A stretch of DNA of 26,112 nucleotides from an uncultured archaeon (GTDB taxonomy: Archaea > Iainarchaeota > Iainarchaeia > Iainarchaeales > CSSED10-239): positions 1-26,112 of the forward strand of contig CAZQEL010000014.1 in NCBI GenBank assembly GCA_964591795.1, written 5' to 3'. A program made the translations under genes and the position numbers. Positions 15,302-22,496 of this stretch are shown piece by piece (the first letter of the stretch is position 1; every line of letters begins with the position of its first letter). A model generated the notes under the pieces. It had not been told where the DNA came from and did not search any database. It worked only from the letters and a program-made list of their open reading frames with translations.

Positions 15302-16924
15302 TTAATTTCCTTGTAAAGTTCCAGTTATTTTTGCATATTCAGCTTCAAGAATAGATAATTCATCAGCATATTTAACACTTATAACATCATAAACTGACTT
15401 AACTCCAATAACAGGATTTAACTCAAATATTTTTTTATGTGTTTTTAATGTTGCATTTTGAGCTTCAGCACATTTTAAAAAAAGTATTGGATATATTGAA
15501 AATACATCATTTGTAACTACTGGTTTAATAACTACACTTACTTTTCCGGTATCAACATAATCAGTATAAAATTGATTAGTTAAAGTTTCATTTTCTAATT
15601 TCAAACTATTAGGTTCATCATAATCAGTAAATAAAACCATTGATACTTTAGCATCAGAATCTCCAATAAAAATAGTGTTACTGTCAATAATTGATTTATA
15701 ATCAATTAACTTGTAAACCCCATTAATTGGTTGACCTAAATTAAATTGCAAAAGAACATCTTGTTTTATAACAAAACCATTATTAACTGGTTCTTTATTA
15801 AAAATTAAATTAAATACTGTTTTATCTGCATCTAAATTAAAATCTAAATAATTAATATCTCCAGTAAGATAAAAAGCAGGTAATGCATTTACATCTATTG
15901 TTTGAAGAATACTTTTTCCTTTTTCAGAATTATATTGAACATATTCTACAGATGCAGTTGTAAATGTTTCAGTGAAAATTTCTCTAACACTATCAACTAA
16001 TGTATCTGAATTTTTAAGATAGTCTATAAACTCTAAATTTGCGTTATTTATTAATTCATTATTAACATCATAAACAGCATATAATTTTAATGAATTAGAA
16101 TCAGATACAAATGATTTATTTGTATAGTCTAAAACTAAGCTATCTGTGTTATCTACTGCAGATATAAAATTTGTAACTGTGTTATAATCATTAAAACCTA
16201 ATAATGAATAACCATTTACAAAAAGTGTTGGAGTTTGAGAAACATATAATGATTGTGAAAGAATAAAATCTCTTTGAATTGAACTAACTTCTTTAAAATC
16301 AAACATATTTGCATCTTTTTGAAGATATTTGTTACTTACAAGACAACTATTCATTTGTTCTTCATTAAGATTCAAATCAAAATATGCATTTGATAAAATA
16401 TTTTGTTGATAATCTTTCATATCATTTAATATGTTTAAATTTAATTCCAAAGCTCTAGCTTGAAAATCGTCTACATTAATATCTGACACATTAGTATCAG
16501 TAAAATTATTATCTACAATAACTGTGTTTAAATTATTATCAGTATTATTAACTATAGAGTTAGGATCATTTGCAGGAATTAAAAAAGAAACAACTACAAT
16601 TGCAACTATTAAAAATAATAAAATCCCAATAATTAAAAAATCTTTAGATTTTTTTCTTACTTTTGTTTTATGTTCTTTATGTTTATGAGTTTTTGAAACT
16701 TTAACAACATGAGAAACAGGTTTATGCTTTTTGTTAATAGTTGATTTTTTAGAATGTACTATAAATTTGTTTTTTTTAACAACCTTTTTAATAATTGGTT
16801 TTTTAGAATGCACTATAGGTTTGTTTTTTTTAACAACCTTTTTTGAATCTCCAAAAACAACTTCTATTTTTTTAGAATTTTTTTTTGAAGTAATTTTTTT
16901 AGAAACTTTTTTTTTCACTGCCAA
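15302..16924 (-). CDS. Single-pass membrane protein with a Lys-rich repetitive cytoplasmic tail and an extracytoplasmic region of cysteine-less DsbA/thioredoxin-like modules
   Basis: Starts at a TTG 5 nt downstream of a perfect GGTGAT. There is no ATG before the TM segment. TM helix at residues 96-116 (FLIIGILLFLIVAIVVVSFLI). SQTPTLFVNGYSLLG and AKVSMVLFTDYDEPNS...YVDTGKVSVV...LKCAEAQN resemble DsbA-family segments, but the CxxC is replaced by EPNS. Confidence 0.65.
   Translation of the reverse strand: MAVKKKVSKKITSKKNSKKIEVVFGDSKKVVKKNKPIVHSKKPIIKKVVKKNKFIVHSKKSTINKKHKPVSHVVKVSKTHKHKEHKTKVRKKSKDFLIIGILLFLIVAIVVVSFLIPANDPNSIVNNTDNNLNTVIVDNNFTDTNVSDINVDDFQARALELNLNILNDMKDYQQNILSNAYFDLNLNEEQMNSCLVSNKYLQKDANMFDFKEVSSIQRDFILSQSLYVSQTPTLFVNGYSLLGFNDYNTVTNFISAVDNTDSLVLDYTNKSFVSDSNSLKLYAVYDVNNELINNANLEFIDYLKNSDTLVDSVREIFTETFTTASVEYVQYNSEKGKSILQTIDVNALPAFYLTGDINYLDFNLDADKTVFNLIFNKEPVNNGFVIKQDVLLQFNLGQPINGVYKLIDYKSIIDSNTIFIGDSDAKVSMVLFTDYDEPNSLKLENETLTNQFYTDYVDTGKVSVVIKPVVTNDVFSIYPILFLKCAEAQNATLKTHKKIFELNPVIGVKSVYDVISVKYADELSILEAEYAKITGTLQGN
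16745..16852 (-). repeat. Tandem direct repeat, 2 x 54 nt, inside the CDS
   Basis: Unit 16745..16798 is close to unit 16799..16852, with a few mismatches. They encode KKVVKKNKPIVHSKKPII and KKVVKKNKFIVHSKKSTI. Confidence 0.85.
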
Positions 16925-16936
16925 AAGTAATCACCC

Positions 16937-16944
16937 TTTAAATA
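16937..16944 (+). promoter_or_regulatory. Candidate TATA box for taw1 (possibly a leaderless transcript)
   Basis: TTTAAATA centred ~26 nt upstream of the ATG at 16967. No SD precedes either candidate ATG (16967 or 17000). Confidence 0.3.
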
Positions 16945-16966
16945 TATAAATAAATTTAAAACAATA

Positions 16967-17986
16967 ATGTTTTTAAATACTACCAAAAATAACATAATTA
17001 TGGATACTGAAAATAAAATAATTACAAAAGAAGAAATATTTAAAGATTTAAAACATAAACACTATGGAATATATGGTAATCACTCAGCAGTTGAAATTTG
17101 TAGTTGGAATAAAAAAGCGCTTATTGGCGAAGGAGTTTGTTATAAAGAAAAATTTTATAACGTAGATTGTCATAGATGTGCACAAATAACACCAACAGCA
17201 ATTGTATGTCATCTTAATTGTAGTTTTTGTTGGAGGCCAACAGCATACATGAAAGATTGGACTATGACTGGCACAATTGATGAACCAGATGATATTATTG
17301 AAGGATTATTTAAAGAAAGAAAAAAATTATTAACTGGATTTAAAGGTAATGATAAAGTAGATATTAAAAAATATGAAGAAGCAATAGTTCCATCACATGT
17401 TGCAATATCATTATCAGGAGAACCTACCATTTACCCAAAACTTGCAGAAATGGTTCTTTATCTTAAGAAAAAAAAAGAAATGAGAAGTATATTTATTGTA
17501 ACAAATGGAATGGAACCAGATAGACTTGAAGAATTACAAAATAAAAATGCACTTCCAACACAATTATATTTATCAATAATTGGAGCAACAAAAGAAATGC
17601 AGTTAAAAATAAATAGACCCAAAATAGAAGATAGTTGGGAAAGATTAAATAAAACAATTGATTTATATCCATCACTAAATTGTAGAAGAATAATTAGATT
17701 CACATTAATAAAAGGACTTAATGATTCAAAAGAAGCTATTGAAAAATTTATAAAAATGTTTGAAAAAAGTAACACTGATTTTTTAGAAATTAAATCATAC
17801 ATGCATCTTGGTGCATCCAGAGACAATTTAACTAGAGAAAATATGCCTACACATAAAGAAGTTTTAGATTACTCACAAGAAATTGAAAAAAACTCTAAAC
17901 TTTTTAAAATTCACAATGAACAAAAAGAATCAAAAATAGTTCTTTTAAAAAATATTAATAGTAAATATAAAGATTTTATAAAATAA
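16967..17986 (+). CDS. taw1: tRNA 4-demethylwyosine synthase Taw1/TYW1 (radical SAM)
   Basis: Radical-SAM CxxxCxxC (CHLNCSFCWRP, 17207..17230). Upstream auxiliary-cluster cysteines (EICSW, GVCYKEKFY, CHRC), AISLSGEPT and FLEIKSYMH all follow the archaeal Taw1 pattern. An alternative start is the ATG at 17000. Confidence 0.9.
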   Translation: MFLNTTKNNIIMDTENKIITKEEIFKDLKHKHYGIYGNHSAVEICSWNKKALIGEGVCYKEKFYNVDCHRCAQITPTAIVCHLNCSFCWRPTAYMKDWTMTGTIDEPDDIIEGLFKERKKLLTGFKGNDKVDIKKYEEAIVPSHVAISLSGEPTIYPKLAEMVLYLKKKKEMRSIFIVTNGMEPDRLEELQNKNALPTQLYLSIIGATKEMQLKINRPKIEDSWERLNKTIDLYPSLNCRRIIRFTLIKGLNDSKEAIEKFIKMFEKSNTDFLEIKSYMHLGASRDNLTRENMPTHKEVLDYSQEIEKNSKLFKIHNEQKESKIVLLKNINSKYKDFIK

Positions 17987-18001
17987 AAATGCGTATTACA
18001 A

Positions 18002-18868
18002 ATGGAAGATAACCAAGAATTAATTAAAATATTAAAAACAATAAATAAAGAAAAAACAATTTGTCTTTTAGCCCCAAGTTTTGTAGTTGATTTTAAATAT
18101 CCAAAAATTATTATTGAACTTAGAAGAATTGGATTAAAAAAAATAGTAGAATTAACCTATTCGGCTAAATTAATTAGCAAAGAAATACATTCTGAAATTA
18201 TAAAAAACAAAAAAAAACAATATATCTGTGCAAACTGCCCTAGTGTTGTAAAATATATAGAAAATAAATATCCAAACATTAAAAAAAAAATAATGGATAT
18301 AGCATCACCCATGGTACTTATGGGTAGATTTATGAAACAAAAATACCCTAAATATAAAGTACTCTTTATAGGTCCATGTATTTCAAAAAAACAAGAAGCA
18401 AAAGAAAACCCAGAAGTTGATTTTGCAATTACTTTTAAAGAAACATTAGATATAATACAATATGCAAAAAAGAACGGACTTTACATAAAAAAAGAAAATG
18501 AAAAAAAACAATTTGATCAATTATATAATGATTATACAAAAATATATCCTTTATCCGGTGCAGTTGCAGAAACAATAAACAATCGAGAAATACTTTCTTA
18601 CGATGAAATTATTGTAGCAGATGGAATCTTAGAAATAGATAGGGCAATACTAAAATTTAAAAATAATAAAAAAATTAGATTTTTAGATATGCTATTCTGT
18701 AAAGGTGGTTGTGTAGGTGGTCCTGGCATAATTTCAACAGAAACATTGGATCAAAAAGAAGACCGTGTAATACATTATAGAGACAAATCCAAAAAAGAAA
18801 AATTAGGTAAACATCTTGGTAAATTTAAATATGCAGGAGACCTAAATCTAAAAAGAAAAAAAAGTTAA
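18002..18868 (+). CDS. Minimal [FeFe]-hydrogenase H-domain-like protein (Fe_hyd_lg_C-like), with no N-terminal ferredoxin domains
   Basis: By-eye alignment to the HydA H-domain finds four motifs. LLAPSF matches the APS motif. ICANCPSV matches TSCCP (C79 kept; the first Cys is Asn78). IGPCISKKQEA matches MPC..KK.EA (C126). DMLFCKGGCVGGPG matches E.M.C.GGC..G.G (C233, C237). It lies 15 nt downstream of taw1. Confidence 0.8.
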   Translation: MEDNQELIKILKTINKEKTICLLAPSFVVDFKYPKIIIELRRIGLKKIVELTYSAKLISKEIHSEIIKNKKKQYICANCPSVVKYIENKYPNIKKKIMDIASPMVLMGRFMKQKYPKYKVLFIGPCISKKQEAKENPEVDFAITFKETLDIIQYAKKNGLYIKKENEKKQFDQLYNDYTKIYPLSGAVAETINNREILSYDEIIVADGILEIDRAILKFKNNKKIRFLDMLFCKGGCVGGPGIISTETLDQKEDRVIHYRDKSKKEKLGKHLGKFKYAGDLNLKRKKS

Positions 18869-19281
18869 ATTTCAAAAAGATATGTTTTTGGAAAAATAGG
18901 TTTTTTTTTAAGAATATCTTTTGCAACTTCTTTTAAAAGATTTAAACCTAAAAAAGCACACCTAATTCTTGTTTGTAAAACCCCACCTAAATTATCAGTA
19001 ATTAATTTATCATCAAAGAATAATATTTGATCTAAAGACTTATTTTCTAAAAGCTCAGTTAAAACACACATACCTGCTTTTGAAATTACACATCCTGAAT
19101 GTTCAAAACTAATTTTTTTAATAACAAAATCAGTAGATAATTTTAAATAAATTGAAACAATATCAGTACAATTTTTATTTTTACCAATTATTTTTATATC
19201 AAATGGTTTTAGCACACCATAATTAACTGGATTTGTGTAATAATCTAAAATAATTTGAGATGGAATATAATCTTCGGTCAT
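18865..19281 (-). CDS. sufU: SufU/IscU-like Fe-S cluster assembly protein
   Basis: ILDYYTNPVNYG, NCTD (compare CGD), SGCVIS and TRIRCAFL give three conserved Cys plus Asp. Arg rather than His precedes the last Cys, which is SufU-like. ATGA overlap with sufD. Confidence 0.75.
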   Translation of the reverse strand: MTEDYIPSQIILDYYTNPVNYGVLKPFDIKIIGKNKNCTDIVSIYLKLSTDFVIKKISFEHSGCVISKAGMCVLTELLENKSLDQILFFDDKLITDNLGGVLQTRIRCAFLGLNLLKEVAKDILKKKPIFPKTYLFEI

Positions 19282-20159
19282 AATTTACTCTTAATTTTAG
19301 CTAAAATATAACTTTTTATAAATTCAGAATAACTAGATATATTTGCAGTAAGAAAAGAAGTTAAAATTAATTTATTTGCATGCTTTTCAGATAAACCTCT
19401 AGATCCTAAATAAAATAATTCATCTAAAGTTACTTGCTCAACTGTTGCTGCATGAGTTGCCACAACATTCTTTGGAACAATTTCAAGCATTGGAATATTT
19501 ATGGATTTAGTGTTCTTTGATAAAAACATTGTGTTTGTTTCAAGATAGGCTTTTGAAAAATCAGCTTTTTTTAAAATATTAATAAGTCCATCATACCTAA
19601 CAAAAGAAAAATCTTTTAAAACATTTTTAATACTTGTGTTTGATACTATTTCTTTTGATAAATGAGTATTTATTATACTTATATTATTTTTTTGCTGTTT
19701 AGATAATAACAAAATATCATTCTCAGAAAAATTAGATTTGTTTACTAAAAAATTTTCTTGAAAATAAGTTAAATCATTAGAATCTAAAAAAAGATTTGTA
19801 AAATTAATAGAAGATTTATCCACTATGACGTTATTTTTTGAAATTAAATTTTTCGATAAAATATTTTTTAAAAAAGTAATATTAGAAGAATTATAAAAAT
19901 AATAAACTATATTTTTATTTTTTAAAAAATTACTTTCTTCTATAACATTTAAGTCTTTACAATTTGAAAATATAATAATTGAATTATTTGTAACTTTATT
20001 TAAATTTAAATAAATGTTTTTTGATTTTAAAGATAAAAAATATACTGAATTATAATTTAGATTAAAATTTAATTTAGATAACATCAACTTATATTTATTT
20101 TTTAAATCACTAAAGTTTAATTTATAAAAACTTAAATTTAAATTATTTTTATTTACCAT
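19278..20159 (-). CDS. sufD: Fe-S cluster assembly protein SufD (short, diverged)
   Basis: The C-terminus ATHAATVEQVTLDELFYLGSRGLSEKHANKLILTSFL is the SufB/SufD signature. It sits after sufB. The N-terminal half is N/K/S-rich and diverged. Confidence 0.75.
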   Translation of the reverse strand: MVNKNNLNLSFYKLNFSDLKNKYKLMLSKLNFNLNYNSVYFLSLKSKNIYLNLNKVTNNSIIIFSNCKDLNVIEESNFLKNKNIVYYFYNSSNITFLKNILSKNLISKNNVIVDKSSINFTNLFLDSNDLTYFQENFLVNKSNFSENDILLLSKQQKNNISIINTHLSKEIVSNTSIKNVLKDFSFVRYDGLINILKKADFSKAYLETNTMFLSKNTKSINIPMLEIVPKNVVATHAATVEQVTLDELFYLGSRGLSEKHANKLILTSFLTANISSYSEFIKSYILAKIKSKL

Positions 20160-20165
20160 AAACTA

Positions 20166-21611
20166 TCAACCTACTGAATTTTCAAACTCCATTTCAATAA
20201 GTCTATTTAATTCAATAGCAAACTCTAAAGGAATTTGCTTAGAAAAATCACTAATAAACCCTAAAACAATTAATGTTATGGCCTTTGATTCCTCAATACC
20301 TCTTGACATTAAATAAAATAATTGCTCTTCACCTATTCTTCCAACTGTTGCTTCATGAGAAACTTCAGCGGTTGGTTCATCCACAATAATTACAGGATAA
20401 GTATCAGTTTTACTTTTTGAATCCATTAAAATTGCATCACATTTAACATTTGATTTAATATTTTTTAATCCTTTAGATATTTTTACTATTCCTCTATATG
20501 CAGAAACACCGCCATCCTTAGAAATTGATTTTGAAACTATAATACCTGTAGTATTATTGGCTTCATGAATTATTTTTGCACCAGCATCCTGTTTTTGTCC
20601 TTTTGATGCAATGGCAATTGATAATACTTCACCTCTTGCGCCTTCTTCTTTTAAATAAATTGCAGGATACTTCATAGTAAGCTTAGAACCTAAATTTCCA
20701 TCAACCCACTCAACAGTTGCATTCTTATAAGCAAAAGCCCTTTTAGTTACAAGATTATAAATATTATTAGCCCAATTTTGAATAGTTGAATACCTTATGG
20801 TAGATCCTTCTAAAGCAATAACCTCAACAACTGCAACATGAAGTGATTGAGAAGAATATCTTGGAGCAGTACATCCTTCAATATAATGAATTTTACTGTT
20901 TTTTCCCGCAATAATTAATGTTCTTTCAAATTGTCCCATATTTGATGAATTTATTCTAAAGTACGCCTGTAAAGGAATATCAACTTGAACATTTTCTGGA
21001 ACATAAACAAAAGAACCGCCAGACCAAACTGCTGAATTTAAACTTGCAAACTTATTATCATCAAAAGGAACAATTGATCCAAAATATTTTTTAACAAGCT
21101 CAGGATATTGTTTAAGGCCTTCATCCATAGATAAAAAAATTACTCCCCTATCAGCAAATTCTTTTTTAGTTTTATGATAAACTACTTCAGAATCATATTG
21201 TGCACCAACACCTGCTAAAAACTTTTGTTCAGCTTTAGGAATACCAATTCTATCAAATGTTTTTTTAACAGAACTAGGAACCTCTTTCCAATCTTTTCTT
21301 TCCTTTGAATCAATTGACGCAAAATAAGTTATGCTATTATAATTAATTTCATTTAAAGCACCAATGCCCCACATAGGCGTTTTCTTCTTTAAAAATACCT
21401 TATAACTTTTTAATCTAAAATCAAGCATCCACTTAGGTTCTTTTTTATATTTTGATATTTTTCTAATAACTTCTTCTGATAAACCCCTATTAAACTTAAC
21501 ATTATAATTGTCTGTAGAGTATAGAAAATTATACTTTTCAATCTTTGTTGCTGTTTTAATTTTTTTAAAAGAATTTTTGTTGATTGTTCCTTTAGTTTTA
21601 TTTCTATTCAT
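20166..21611 (-). CDS. sufB: Fe-S cluster assembly scaffold SufB
   Basis: Full-length SufB pattern: GVIFLSMDEGLKQYPELVKKYFG, NSAVWSGGSFVYVP, HEATVGRIGEEQLFYLMSRGI. Confidence 0.95.
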   Translation of the reverse strand: MNRNKTKGTINKNSFKKIKTATKIEKYNFLYSTDNYNVKFNRGLSEEVIRKISKYKKEPKWMLDFRLKSYKVFLKKKTPMWGIGALNEINYNSITYFASIDSKERKDWKEVPSSVKKTFDRIGIPKAEQKFLAGVGAQYDSEVVYHKTKKEFADRGVIFLSMDEGLKQYPELVKKYFGSIVPFDDNKFASLNSAVWSGGSFVYVPENVQVDIPLQAYFRINSSNMGQFERTLIIAGKNSKIHYIEGCTAPRYSSQSLHVAVVEVIALEGSTIRYSTIQNWANNIYNLVTKRAFAYKNATVEWVDGNLGSKLTMKYPAIYLKEEGARGEVLSIAIASKGQKQDAGAKIIHEANNTTGIIVSKSISKDGGVSAYRGIVKISKGLKNIKSNVKCDAILMDSKSKTDTYPVIIVDEPTAEVSHEATVGRIGEEQLFYLMSRGIEESKAITLIVLGFISDFSKQIPLEFAIELNRLIEMEFENSVG

Positions 21612-21613
21612 AA

Positions 21614-22384
21614 CTATTTTTTAAATTGTTTTTTATAATCATTAATTATTTTTGTAAAACCATGTTTTTCAATATAATTAGCAAAAGTATGATTACCACT
21701 TTTAATTATTTTGCCATCATACATTACATGAACAAAATCTGGTTTTAAAAAGTCTAATATTTTTTTATAATGAGTTATTATTATTGCAGAAAATTCTTTT
21801 TTTTCTTTTTTCAAACTAGATATAGATTTACAAACAAGTTTTAAAGAATCAATGTCAAGCCCAGAATCAGTTTCATCAAGAATTGCTAATGATGGGGTTA
21901 ACAAATTCATTTGTAAAATTTCAGCTCTTTTTTTCTCACCACCAGAAAAACCAACATTTAAATCTCTAGATAAAAATGAATCTTCAATATTAAGAGTCTT
22001 TGTTTTTTCTTTAACAAGCATATTAAATTTTAAAGCAGTAATATTTTTATTATGAGTATTTGTATAACTATTTTTTAAAAAAGAAAAATAATTAAGACCA
22101 GATATTTCTAAAGGAGTTTGAAAAGATAAGAAAATACCTAATTTTGCTCGCTTATCAGGAGATAATAATAAAATATTTTTATTTTTAAAAATAATTTTGC
22201 CTGAAATCACATTATATTTAGGATGACCCATAATAGTATAAGCTAAAGTTGATTTGCCTGAACCATTAGGACCCATAATTGCATGAATTTCTTGATTTTT
22301 AATTTTCAAAGAAAATTTAGATAATATTTTTTTATTTTCAACATTTACAGATAAATTAGTAATACTTAATATTGGTTTAGTCAT
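21614..22384 (-). CDS. sufC: Fe-S cluster assembly ATPase SufC
   Basis: Walker A GPNGSGKST, ABC signature FSGGEKKR, Walker B LAILDETDSGLD. GTGAT SD. First gene of sufCBDU. Confidence 0.95.
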   Translation of the reverse strand: MTKPILSITNLSVNVENKKILSKFSLKIKNQEIHAIMGPNGSGKSTLAYTIMGHPKYNVISGKIIFKNKNILLLSPDKRAKLGIFLSFQTPLEISGLNYFSFLKNSYTNTHNKNITALKFNMLVKEKTKTLNIEDSFLSRDLNVGFSGGEKKRAEILQMNLLTPSLAILDETDSGLDIDSLKLVCKSISSLKKEKKEFSAIIITHYKKILDFLKPDFVHVMYDGKIIKSGNHTFANYIEKHGFTKIINDYKKQFKK

Positions 22385-22413
22385 ATATAATCACAAATGA
22401 AATTCTAATCATA

Positions 22414-22421
22414 TATATAAA
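22414..22421 (-). promoter_or_regulatory. Candidate TATA box for the suf operon
   Basis: The minus strand reads TTTATATA, ending ~30 nt upstream of the sufC ATG. The spacing would leave only a very short leader, so this is uncertain. Confidence 0.3.
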
Positions 22422-22496
22422 CAACAAAAGAATTTAAAAAGATAACTAAATAATTAAAAAGGCAAAAAGAAAAAGAAAAAAAAGGTGTAAAAAAAA

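Noticed and set aside
16731-16949. 72-aa plus-strand ORF
   Set aside because: Antisense to the Lys-rich repeat region. The AAA/AAG complement gives poly-Phe/Leu.
17209-17826. Three minus-strand ORFs (73, 122 and 60 aa)
   Set aside because: All lie antisense inside taw1, which matches its family over its full length.
16967-17986. The radical-SAM gene next to the HydA-like gene might be a HydE/HydG-type hydrogenase maturase
   Set aside because: Its sequence follows archaeal Taw1/TYW1 closely. It has the auxiliary-cluster Cys triad ahead of CxxxCxxC, plus AISLSGEPT and EIKSYMH. It lacks the longer HydE/HydG architecture.
21852-22055. 67-aa plus-strand ORF
   Set aside because: Antisense inside sufC.
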